DNA of 64,000 nucleotides, taken from an uncultured Acidobacteriota bacterium (GTDB lineage: Bacteria; Acidobacteriota; Terriglobia; Acidiferrales; UBA7541). The stretch lies in the NCBI GenBank assembly GCA_963815265.1, contig CAWFGI010000022.1, positions 713,870 through 777,869 of the forward strand, given 5' to 3'. The translations under genes were made by a program, and so were the position numbers. The notes under the pieces were generated by a model, which was not told the origin of the DNA, searched no databases, and worked only from the letters and a program-made list of their open reading frames with translations. Below, piece after piece: positions 39,326 through 47,947 of the stretch (within the stretch, counting starts at the first letter, position 1; each line of letters opens with the position of its first letter).

Positions 39326-39350
39326 GTAGCACAGGCAATCCTGCCTGTGC
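39326..39350. repeat. REP copy (GTAG + 9-bp palindrome)
   Basis: GTAGCACAGGCAATCCTGCCTGTGC, in the same orientation as the copies at 37945 and 38056. Confidence 0.85.
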
Positions 39351-39577
39351 CCCAATATCCCCGCGGCACACTCGCGCTAGCCAAGCACTCATCGTCACAC
39401 CGTTCTCTTTCGCTTTTGCCCTTCGGCCTTCGCACACTCAAATTCAAAAATGGCCGACGAAATCTCGTTCGCCCTTCTGCCACCGCGCCACCCCGCCACC
39501 CCGCCTCTCAATCACCCTGAAGATTCTTCTCGAAAAACGCCGCCACTCGCTTCATCAGATAAATTCGCCCCGCGGCA

Positions 39578-41761
39578 TCATTCGCCGGATGCCCCCCGGC
39601 CCGGTAGCAACACAACCTCAATATTCTCCCCGCGCTTGATCGCTTCATCCAGAACCAGCATGGTATTCACAAGGTGAACGTTGTCATCCCCCGTTCCCTG
39701 CCCAATCATCAATTTTCCTTGCAAACCATTCACGAAATTCAGCGGCGATGCTTTCCGATATCCCTCCGGATCATCCTTCGGCAAGCCCAGAAATCGCTCG
39801 GTGGCAATCGAGTCGTACTGAAGCCAATCCGAGACGGGTGCGCCAGCAAATCCCACCTTGAAATCCTGCGGCGCTTCGAAAAGCGCGTGCAGTGTCATGT
39901 GCCCGCCATAGCTCCAACCCCAGATGCCAATACGCTGGCCGTCCACGTAAGGCAACGTACGCAGATACGCCACTCCGTCCCGCTGATCCGCAAGCTCCTG
40001 CACCGCGACGTTGTGATATAGCTTTTCTTGAAAAGCGTGCCCGCGCCCCATCGATCCCCTGTTATCCACTGAGAAAATGATGAACCCTTTTTGCGCCAGG
40101 AACTCATTGAACAGAAAAGTTCCTCCCGTCCACATGTTGCGCACTACTTGCGAAGGACCTCCGTACGTGAAAACGATCACTGGATATTTCTTCGCGGGAT
40201 CGAAATTCGAAGGTTTGATCATCGACGCGTTAAGCAACGTGCCGTCTTTCGCTTTCACCTGGAAAAAGTCGACCGCCGAGAGGCCATAACTCGCCACATC
40301 CGTGATGTTTTCATGAAGCACCGCGATTTGCTTTCCGTCGCCGCCAACCAGCTCTTGGCTCGGAGGCGTCATCACATCCGAGTGGGTGTCAACGAACGCA
40401 GACGCATCGGGAGAAAAGTCCGCGGCGTGCCAGCCAGCCTCCCGCGAAACGCGCTCAAACCCGGAACCGTCCAACGCAACCCGATATATCTGGCGCTCCA
40501 TCGGCCCCTGTTCCGTCGCCGTGAAATAAATCACGCCACGTTTCTCATCGACGCTATCCACAGACTCGACGTCCCACTCGCCACGGGTAATCTGCACCGG
40601 CTCGCCGCCGGTCTTGTAGACATAAAGATGTCGATATCCGCTACGCTCGCTTCCCCAAATGAACCGGTTGCTGTCTTTCGAGAACCACAAAATATCCGTC
40701 ACGTCGACCCACGTTTTCGACTTCTCCGTGAGAACCACATGCGCATCGCCGCTACTCGCATCCGCAATCGTCAGTTCCAGAACATTTGCCACCCGAGCAA
40801 GCCTCTGGATCGCGAGCCGCTTGCTGTCCGGCAGCCACTCGACGCGCGGAATCAAAATCTCCTTGTCGCTGCCAATATCCATCGCGCGAGCCTCTCCCCC
40901 TGCGATCGGCTGTACGAACACGCGCGCTACCGGGTTGGCCTCGCCAGCCCGCGGATACCGGTACGTTTCGTCTTCGGTTAGATCCTCGATGTTGTTTTGA
41001 ATCGTATATTTCGTCACCGCGTGCTCGTCTAATTCAAGATACGCGATCGCCGACGAGTCCGATGCCCACCAGTACCCAGAGCGAATCTCCAGCTCCTCCG
41101 GATACACCCAATCCAGTTGGCCTTTTCGCAATGCTTCGCTCCCGCCCGTCGTCACCGCCCGCGCATCTCCACCGCTCGTGCTCACTATCCACACGTTGTA
41201 ATCGCGCACGAAACTCACCCAGCGGCCGTCGGGCGATATCTTCTCGTCAGTCAGCATTTCTTTACCCGAGACAAGCGTACGCGTAGTCTGAGATTTCAGA
41301 TCGAACCAGACCACCGAGGTCTGCCCGCGAAACAGCATCGCAGTTCCGTCCGGCGAGAATTCAAACGGCGCAGGCGGACGCCGTGCCGCCCCGGTTCGCT
41401 GCCGCAGCGGATAGGGTTGTGGAGGAAGAATCGTCGCGAGTTTATCCGCCGCGATGAGCAAATGCCGCGTTCCGGTCGCCGCATCCATGGTCCAGACTTC
41501 CCGTCGCGCATCTTTCCCTGTGCCTGTCGATTCGAAGAACGCAATCTGTTTGCTGTCAGGAGTCCAGGCAAGGCCACTTGCCAATCTGCCGCTCAAGCCG
41601 GGCTGGCCATAAATTGCTTCAATCGTCAGGGCCTTCGTCGCTTTCGAATCAGCCGATTGCGCAGCCGATTGTGAAAATGATGAGACCGGAAAAAACACAA
41701 TGGCGAACATCGTTCCGGCCAGCAACAACGGCCGTACCCTGCGCTCGATTTTCTGCACCAA
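39578..41761 (-). CDS. S9-family serine peptidase (dipeptidyl-peptidase IV-like: beta-propeller plus alpha/beta hydrolase), C-terminus frameshifted
   Basis: GIWGWSYGGHMTL nucleophile elbow, GTGDDNVH Asp motif. The ORF ends ...LLPGRGASGE*. Removing one G from the G6 run (39592..39597) gives ...PGRGHPANDAAGRIYLMKRVAAFFEKNLQGD*, ending at 39508. Confidence 0.88.
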   Translation of the reverse strand: MVQKIERRVRPLLLAGTMFAIVFFPVSSFSQSAAQSADSKATKALTIEAIYGQPGLSGRLASGLAWTPDSKQIAFFESTGTGKDARREVWTMDAATGTRHLLIAADKLATILPPQPYPLRQRTGAARRPPAPFEFSPDGTAMLFRGQTSVVWFDLKSQTTRTLVSGKEMLTDEKISPDGRWVSFVRDYNVWIVSTSGGDARAVTTGGSEALRKGQLDWVYPEELEIRSGYWWASDSSAIAYLELDEHAVTKYTIQNNIEDLTEDETYRYPRAGEANPVARVFVQPIAGGEARAMDIGSDKEILIPRVEWLPDSKRLAIQRLARVANVLELTIADASSGDAHVVLTEKSKTWVDVTDILWFSKDSNRFIWGSERSGYRHLYVYKTGGEPVQITRGEWDVESVDSVDEKRGVIYFTATEQGPMERQIYRVALDGSGFERVSREAGWHAADFSPDASAFVDTHSDVMTPPSQELVGGDGKQIAVLHENITDVASYGLSAVDFFQVKAKDGTLLNASMIKPSNFDPAKKYPVIVFTYGGPSQVVRNMWTGGTFLFNEFLAQKGFIIFSVDNRGSMGRGHAFQEKLYHNVAVQELADQRDGVAYLRTLPYVDGQRIGIWGWSYGGHMTLHALFEAPQDFKVGFAGAPVSDWLQYDSIATERFLGLPKDDPEGYRKASPLNFVNGLQGKLMIGQGTGDDNVHLVNTMLVLDEAIKRGENIEVVLLPGRGASGE

Positions 41762-42035
41762 TTCCTCCCCAAAGAAACTCGGAGTGTACTCGAACCGCCA
41801 AACAAAAGTGAACTTCCGAACAGCAATCCGTCAGTAGGGGCGGCTCTCAGAGGCGCCCGCGTCCATCGCGCCGACCGTTAAATCTTCGCCAGCGGGGTTA
41901 CGGCATGCCAGCAGACGACGCTGCGCAGCTAGACTGGGCTCAGCCCGAGCGGCCGCGCTAACTTGTGAGTACTTGGAGCGGGTGTTAAACTTTCAAGATA
42001 CTCAAAGTTGGAAAGCTGACTAAAAAGGACGTTCT

Positions 42036-42590
42036 GTGGCTGATCCGAAACCGGAAGAGACATTCAAGGTTATTGACCGGCGCCTCTTCAGCGAAGACGG
42101 CGCCTTGCGCAAAGACGTCGTAGAGGAAGAAGAACGCCGCGAAGAAGAAGCCGCCGCACGAGCAGCGAATCGCGCGGCGGCGAATGCCCCGGCGCAAACC
42201 GACGCGAGCAAGGCCGCAAAAAGCCCGGCCGCTAGTCCGAGTGCCGACGCATCCGCTAGTCTCGCCCCTGGCGAAAATCAGCCCTTCGACGCCGAGCAGC
42301 CGCAAGGCTCGCGCAGCTTCCAGATGCTGGTCGATTTTCTCGTTCGCAATGCCGCTGCCATGCTCGGCGGAATGGCCGATCCGCGCACGGGACAAGCCTA
42401 TCTCGATCTCGAAGGCGCACGCGAAGTGATCGACATGCTCGACGCGTTGCGCGAGAAAACGCGTGGAAATCTCTCCAAAGCCGACGACGACCTTTTGATC
42501 GAAGTCCTCGGACAGCTCAAGCTGACTTTTATGGAGATGTCCAAAGTGGCGGCCGACGCGATGGCGAAAAAGGCCGCGCAGAAAAAGTAG
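42036..42590 (+). CDS. DUF1844-family protein
   Basis: FKVIDRR N-terminus and FQMLVDFLVRNAAAMLGGMADPRTGQAYLDLEGAREVIDMLDALREKTRGNL. GTG start. Confidence 0.75.
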   Translation: MADPKPEETFKVIDRRLFSEDGALRKDVVEEEERREEEAAARAANRAAANAPAQTDASKAAKSPAASPSADASASLAPGENQPFDAEQPQGSRSFQMLVDFLVRNAAAMLGGMADPRTGQAYLDLEGAREVIDMLDALREKTRGNLSKADDDLLIEVLGQLKLTFMEMSKVAADAMAKKAAQKK

Positions 42591-42701
42591 GATAGGCTTC
42601 AGCCTGTCCCAGCGCTAAAGCCCAGCTCGATCGCTGATGCTTGCCTCATGCGCGATGGCGTTCTTTCATTCGGTGCTTCATTTCAGCGCACTTCTCAAAA
42701 A

Positions 42702-43478
42702 ATGCCCCAATCACTTGAGGTAACTGTTCTCGGTTCCGGCACATCAATGGGCGTCCCCACGCTCGGATGCCATTGCGCAGTTTGCGAATCGAAAGATCCG
42801 CACGACAAGCGCACGCGCCCATCCGTCCTGCTCTCTTATGGCGGACGCAATGTCGTCATCGACACAACGCCCGACTTCCGCTCCCAGGCCATGGCCGCGC
42901 ACCTCGATCGCCTCGACGCAATTCTCTACACTCACGCCCACGCCGACCATATCTTCGGCCTCGACGATATTCGCCCCTACAATTTGAAACAGAGAGCCGC
43001 GATTCCCATCTACGCTGCGGAAGCAACGCTGCAAACATTGAAGAGATCGTTTGCCTACATCTTTGACACCGCGCCAACCGACAGCTCATTGCCCGGCGTG
43101 GAATTGCACACGATCGAAGGACCCTTCACACTCTTCGGCGTAGAAATTATTCCTGTCCCCGCAATGCACGGCCCAGGCCAAGTGCTCGGCTTCCGCTTCG
43201 GAAACGCTGCGTACCTGACGGATTTCAGCACGATTCCGGAAAGCTCCAAGGCGCTGCTCAAAGGGCTCGACCATTTTATTCTCGACGCTCTCCGTTATAC
43301 TCCGCACCCAATGCACTCCAACGTGCCGCAATCGCTCGCGCTCGTCGAAGAACTCAAGCCAAAGCACGCCTGGTTCACCCACATCTGCCACGACCTGGGC
43401 CACGAACACACAAATGCCAAGCTCCCGGAAAATGTCCGCCTAGCCTACGACGGCCTCCGCTTCGAGGTGCAAGTCTGA
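42702..43478 (+). CDS. MBL-fold metallo-hydrolase (PhnP-like subgroup)
   Basis: VTVLGSGTSMGVPTLGCHCAVC and YTHAHADHIFGLDD (HxHxDH). The track ORF starts at 42648, but the Met at 42702 is preferred. Confidence 0.8.
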   Translation: MPQSLEVTVLGSGTSMGVPTLGCHCAVCESKDPHDKRTRPSVLLSYGGRNVVIDTTPDFRSQAMAAHLDRLDAILYTHAHADHIFGLDDIRPYNLKQRAAIPIYAAEATLQTLKRSFAYIFDTAPTDSSLPGVELHTIEGPFTLFGVEIIPVPAMHGPGQVLGFRFGNAAYLTDFSTIPESSKALLKGLDHFILDALRYTPHPMHSNVPQSLALVEELKPKHAWFTHICHDLGHEHTNAKLPENVRLAYDGLRFEVQV

Positions 43479-44476
43479 TGCGTGACGAAGCGGCTTCGCT
43501 ACTCACGGTCGCTGATTCGGCTGAGCAGTGGGCCGAGAAATTTGGAGACCTGAATGTTCGCACCGTCGTCACAATCGGAAACTTCGATGGAGTTCACCTG
43601 GGGCACCAAAGAATCTTTCAAGCGGTGAACCATTGGGTCGATCTGAAAGGCAATCTCCACAAGAAGCAGGAACAGTTAACTCCGACGGTCCTCACGTTTT
43701 ATCCCCATCCCGCAAAAGTTCTTCGCCCAGCAGACGCACCTCCGCTTCTCTGCACCTTATCGCAGCGGCTGGCGGAATTCGAGACCGCCGGGATGCATGC
43801 GGCTCTTGTGCTCAAATTCGACGAGCAGTTGGCGAAAGTGAGCGCGGAGGATTTCGCGCGAACCTATCTCGTGGACACTTTGCACGCTCGCGCGGTGTTC
43901 GTGGGCGCAAACTTTCGCTTCGGCCACAAGCAGGCCGGCGACGTGAAGCTTCTCGAAGATCTCGGCCGGCGCTGGGATTTTGAAGTGCAGGTCGTGCCGC
44001 CCGTGATTCAGTACGGCATCGTCGTCTCGAGCACCGCGGTGCGCAGCGCGGTGCGCGACGGACGCATGGAAGATGCGTCGCGATTGCTGGGCCGTCCGTT
44101 TGCACTCGCGGGAGAAATCAAAACCGGAACCGGACAGGGACGCAAACTCGTCGTGCCCACGCTGAACCTCGCGACCGAACAGGAATGCCTGCCGAAGAAC
44201 GGCGTCTACGCAACGGAAAGCGTGATCGCCGGCAAGAAATATCGCTCGGCGACGAACATCGGCGTGCGGCCAACCTTCGACGGCCAGCGCCTGGCGATCG
44301 AATCGCATCTCTTCGATTTTTCTGAAAACTTAACGAGCGGTGCGATGGAAGTGCGTTTCTGGAAGCGGTTGCGGGACGAAAAGAAATTCTCGGGGCCGGA
44401 AGCGCTGCGCGAGCAGGTGCTGCGCGACATCAGCGAAGCGCAGGCGTACTTTGCGTCGCTCGCGCAGCCGAAGTAG
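43478..44476 (+). CDS. ribF: Bifunctional riboflavin kinase / FMN adenylyltransferase
   Basis: VVTIGNFDGVHLGHQ, PTLNL, and E.HLFDF motifs. Its ATG overlaps the upstream TGA. Confidence 0.95.
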   Translation: MRDEAASLLTVADSAEQWAEKFGDLNVRTVVTIGNFDGVHLGHQRIFQAVNHWVDLKGNLHKKQEQLTPTVLTFYPHPAKVLRPADAPPLLCTLSQRLAEFETAGMHAALVLKFDEQLAKVSAEDFARTYLVDTLHARAVFVGANFRFGHKQAGDVKLLEDLGRRWDFEVQVVPPVIQYGIVVSSTAVRSAVRDGRMEDASRLLGRPFALAGEIKTGTGQGRKLVVPTLNLATEQECLPKNGVYATESVIAGKKYRSATNIGVRPTFDGQRLAIESHLFDFSENLTSGAMEVRFWKRLRDEKKFSGPEALREQVLRDISEAQAYFASLAQPK

Positions 44477-44577
44477 CGCATGCCACGCCTCAGCGCTCGG
44501 CGTCAATCGACAGGGGAAATCGGAATTGACGGATAATTATTTCCCTTGCTGCTGGTCGTAAACTTCACTTCCTGCAG

Positions 44578-44620
44578 CCGAACTGCGTGTAGCGAAATCT
44601 TTCGAGTCGGTTTTTTCTTC
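44578..44620 (+). terminator. Terminator candidate after ribF
   Basis: CCGA(A)CT ... AGTCGG stem followed by TTTTTT at about 44611..44616. Confidence 0.4.
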
Positions 44621-44666
44621 TTCAGCAATTTGCGGTCTTTCATCATTCCACCTCAATGACGTGCGA

Positions 44667-45173
44667 TCACGAACTGGCGCGCTGCTTCTCCTGCTTCCGG
44701 CATTCCGTGCAAACGCCGCCGATTTCCGTGCGGCTCACGGTGATGTCGATGCTGCAGTCGCGCGCGATCTGCTGCTTCAGCTCTTCGTACAACTCGCTTT
44801 CCACTTCGCGCACTTTTCCGCAGCGCAGACAGGCAACGTGAATATGGTCGCGCGGGCCGTGGCTCTCGTAGAAATGGCGGTCGCCGCGAAGATGCAGCAG
44901 GTCGAGCTCGTCAATCAGGCCGTGGCGCTTCAGCAAATCGATTGTGCGATACACGGTGACGCGCGTGATGTTGGAATCGATTTTTTGCGCTCGTTCGAGA
45001 ATTTCGCCGGCGTCGAGATGGCGGCGCGCCGTCTCCATCACCTGCAGGAGCACGCGGCGCTGGCGCGTGAGCCGGATACCGCGCGAGCCGAGCTCGCGCT
45101 GCAAACGTCCGGGCGCTTCGTGGACGTTGATTCGTTCTCCGGTTGAGACGCGATGTGCGGGTGTGGCAGCCAT
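44667..45173 (-). CDS. Fur-family metalloregulator (PerR/Fur/Zur-like)
   Basis: LTRQRRVLLQVM...TVYRTIDLLKRHGLI winged helix, and two CxxC pairs (CLRCGK, CTECRK). The track ORF extends to 45275. Confidence 0.85.
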   Translation of the reverse strand: MAATPAHRVSTGERINVHEAPGRLQRELGSRGIRLTRQRRVLLQVMETARRHLDAGEILERAQKIDSNITRVTVYRTIDLLKRHGLIDELDLLHLRGDRHFYESHGPRDHIHVACLRCGKVREVESELYEELKQQIARDCSIDITVSRTEIGGVCTECRKQEKQRASS

Positions 45174-45278
45174 ATTCGCTAATGGAAGATTATACCAAAT
45201 GCCGATTCGGAGCCGGGCAAAACGAATCTGCCCGCACCGGTTCGCGTCGCGATGATTTGAAGCGGCTCGCGACATGTT

Positions 45279-46298
45279 TCATTCACCTGGTGGGGCGACC
45301 GGAGGTTTTTCATGGAGCGCGCCTTTGCCTGTCATGGCGGCGATGATTTGGCGGCCGTGGAAGCGGCCGTTCTCGATGAAGATTTCGCCGGTGTGCATTC
45401 CGCCGACCACGACGCCCGCGACGTAGATTCCCGGCACATTGCTTTCGAGGCTTTCGGGATTTATTTGCGGCTTTTTCGTCACCGGGTCGAGGCGGATTCC
45501 CTGCTGTTCGAGAAATTCGAAGTCGGGATGATAGCCGGTCATCGCAAAAACCTGTGCGGCGGGCAAGGCCTGCTCGTGGGAGTTGGTTTGCACCCAGACT
45601 TTGCCGGGCTCGATGCGCGACACTTTGGCATTGAATAGCGCTGCAATTTCGCCGGCGCGGATGCGATTTTCGATGTCGGGCTTCACCCAGTATTTCAGGC
45701 TCTTGCCGAGGGCCGCATCGCGATGAACCAACGTCACGTGCGCGCCGCCGCGAAATAAATCGAGCGCCGCTTCCGCCGCTGAATTTTTCCCGCCGATCAC
45801 GACGACATTCTGCTTCCAGTAGGGATGCGCGTCGGTGAAATAGTGCGAGACGTGCGGCAAGGTTTCGCCGGGAATATCGAGCGGATTGGGCCGGTCGTAG
45901 TAGCCCGTGGCGATGATAATTTTCTTGCCGTGGAATTCCTGCTTCGCACCGGCTTCGTCGCGCGTGTGGACGACGAAAGCCCCGTCATGACCGCTGATCT
46001 TATCGACGGTTTCATAGAGCCGCGTTTCGATTTCGTAGTGTTCGACGGCGCGGCGGTAGTAGTTGAGCGCCTCGGCACGCGTGGGCTTCCCTGCCGCGAT
46101 GGTCATGGGCAGGTCGCCGATTTCCATGCGCTCGGGCGTGGTGAAGAACGTCATGTTGACGGGGTAGTGGTAGAGCGAATTGCAGAGGCAGCCCTTGTCG
46201 ATGACAAGCGGGCGCATGGCGGCGCGCTTGGCTTCGATGGCGCAGGCGAGACCGGTGGGGCCGGCGCCGATGCAGATGACGTCGTAGGCGTCAGGCAT
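45279..46298 (-). CDS. ypdA: YpdA-family FAD/NAD(P)H disulfide reductase (putative bacillithiol disulfide reductase type)
   Basis: YDVICIGAGPTGLACA, NSLYHYPVNMTFFTT, IIATGYYD, VVVIGGKNSAAEAALDL, FAMTGYHPDFEFLE and EIFIENGRFHG closely follow B. subtilis YpdA as I recall it. ATG at 46298 (track ORF extends to 46436). Confidence 0.8.
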   Translation of the reverse strand: MPDAYDVICIGAGPTGLACAIEAKRAAMRPLVIDKGCLCNSLYHYPVNMTFFTTPERMEIGDLPMTIAAGKPTRAEALNYYRRAVEHYEIETRLYETVDKISGHDGAFVVHTRDEAGAKQEFHGKKIIIATGYYDRPNPLDIPGETLPHVSHYFTDAHPYWKQNVVVIGGKNSAAEAALDLFRGGAHVTLVHRDAALGKSLKYWVKPDIENRIRAGEIAALFNAKVSRIEPGKVWVQTNSHEQALPAAQVFAMTGYHPDFEFLEQQGIRLDPVTKKPQINPESLESNVPGIYVAGVVVGGMHTGEIFIENGRFHGRQIIAAMTGKGALHEKPPVAPPGE

Positions 46299-47028
46299 CG
46301 GCTGGCCCTCGGATCTGAGCGGCGGCGCAGAGTGATGGAAACGCCGAAACATTGTTCCGCCACGGCGGACGCGAAAACCGCGTTTTGTGTCCATTAGAAA
46401 TTTGCTTAGTCTTTTGTTTTCCGCTAGTTGACTCAATTTCTGAAATGTCGATTGTTCCCATTAGAAAATTGGGCGTTCTGCCGTTCTCAGAATTTTCGCA
46501 GGATCACAGTTGAGTTCCTTCGACTCCCGGTGGTCGCTTCCTTCGTGCCTCAGGACAGGCAGGATGCCGATCCTGGCCGGATCGTCAGTTCCCATTAGCC
46601 GCCGCGGCGGCCGGGGAAATTCTCGGCTGGGTGAGCGGGCGGTCTTCTCCGAGGAGTTCGCCGGCGGAAGGCGCCGGAACTCCGAAGCGGCCCAATTTTC
46701 GGACTGAAAAATCGTCATAAATCTGCGATTAGAAATTTTTAGGTTGCTGATTCTTTTAGGACTTAGCTCGAATTCTAATTCCAGATTTGCGATTAGAAAT
46801 TGGAGAGCATCGCTGAGGCAGCGATGCTCGGCAGGTGTCGTCGCCAGCCAGCCAGCGTGTTGACCGCTGTAGTTCCACTGAAACGCTCCTTTCTTTTCCC
46901 ATTGGGAGCCGCGTTCGAGTTTGCGTTCAGCTCCCATGATGTTAGATGACGGTAGCATGCGGAAAAGTTGGTTTGCAAGGAGTGGTTCGACTGAGAATCT
47001 TGCGCAGCGCTTGGGCAAAGTCAAAAGA

Positions 47029-47050
47029 GCCGGCAGGATGCCGGCGCTAC
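47029..47050. repeat. REP copy in opposite orientation
   Basis: GCCGGCA-GGA-TGCCGGC followed by GCTAC (GTAG on the minus strand). Confidence 0.7.
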
Positions 47051-47083
47051 TAGGGAACGATGCCATCGTCCTCTCGATTTTGA

Positions 47084-47947
47084 TTATGTGGCGGGTACGG
47101 CGCGGCGCGACGCCCATTTGGAGGAAACGACCCATGCAGGATCAAACGTAAATAGATGCAGGAGCACCATGCCCGCCGTAAGATCGGGAAAAGAAATCAG
47201 CAGAAACAAACCGATATGGAGAGATAGCATCGCACTCCAGATCCATGGGCGAAGCTGTCGAAATAATGACAGCGGCGCGAATGCGACTTCTAATCCAAGA
47301 GCACTCCAAGTAGCTGCTTTCAGAAAGGGAGTGGGAAGAGCTAACAGCCAGTGACGAAGCGAGCCCGGCCTTGCGAGGGGATTTGAAAGTATTCGCGCGA
47401 GTGCGGTGCCATCAAGCCACGAAGGGCTCCCCAGCTTCATCACGCCGCTATAGCTGTAGCCCAGGGACATGAGTATCCACGCGACTAAATAAATTGCAGG
47501 AGGCATTTGCCAATTCTGATTCGGCTCTCGTCGGATGCGTGCGGCGAGCGAACCGACGGGTGCAGTGGGGAGAAAGGCATGCGCGAGCAACAACCATCCG
47601 ACATACGGAAGCGCAGGATTCGCAATCAGAGGGTTGCGCCCTAAGAAGCAGGCGCCGAAATACCAGAGGGTAATCGCGGCCACTCGATCCCATAGACCAA
47701 TCGCAAAGAGCACGGCTGCCAAGATTGCAATGACCAAAACCAGCTGCACAAAGAACGGCGAATCCCAAACAGCCAGGAGATTTGGGAAGAGATGGACCAG
47801 AGGGCTCAACGATGGCATCGGCAGCAAGCCCCGGTCGGAAAATAATTCCGGACCCCATGGCAGTAACTGGGCATAGTGGAGCGCAAGATAGCTTCCGAAG
47901 AGAGCGCGAAAAATGCTGTACTGCCCGCCCGTCCAGCCGTTTTTCAT
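47084..47947 (-). CDS. Polytopic membrane protein, HTTM/SdpB-like (tentative)
   Basis: YSIFRALFGSYLALHY..., AILAAVLFAIGLWDRVAAITLWYF..., NPALPYVGWLLLAHAFLP resemble HTTM-domain proteins. Its ATG overlaps the upstream stop (ATGA). Confidence 0.45.
   Translation of the reverse strand: MKNGWTGGQYSIFRALFGSYLALHYAQLLPWGPELFSDRGLLPMPSLSPLVHLFPNLLAVWDSPFFVQLVLVIAILAAVLFAIGLWDRVAAITLWYFGACFLGRNPLIANPALPYVGWLLLAHAFLPTAPVGSLAARIRREPNQNWQMPPAIYLVAWILMSLGYSYSGVMKLGSPSWLDGTALARILSNPLARPGSLRHWLLALPTPFLKAATWSALGLEVAFAPLSLFRQLRPWIWSAMLSLHIGLFLLISFPDLTAGMVLLHLFTFDPAWVVSSKWASRRAVPAT

Noticed and set aside
40062-40069. A DnaA-box-like TTATCCAC.
   Set aside because: It is a single occurrence inside the S9 peptidase coding region, about 4 kb left of the composition flip. 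No cluster of boxes was found in the spacers at 41762..42035, 44477..44666 or 46299..47083.
46975-46995. A tRNA-like T-arm fragment (GGTTCGACT).
   Set aside because: No acceptor stem, anticodon arm or D-arm can be folded around it. I found no tRNA or tmRNA in the window.
46461-47135. A 224-aa minus-strand ORF in the large spacer.
   Set aside because: It reads through two REP-like hairpins (translations AGILPAL and ARIGILPVL) and the repeated ATTAGAAAT motifs. It has no domain signature or plausible RBS, so it is likely non-coding.
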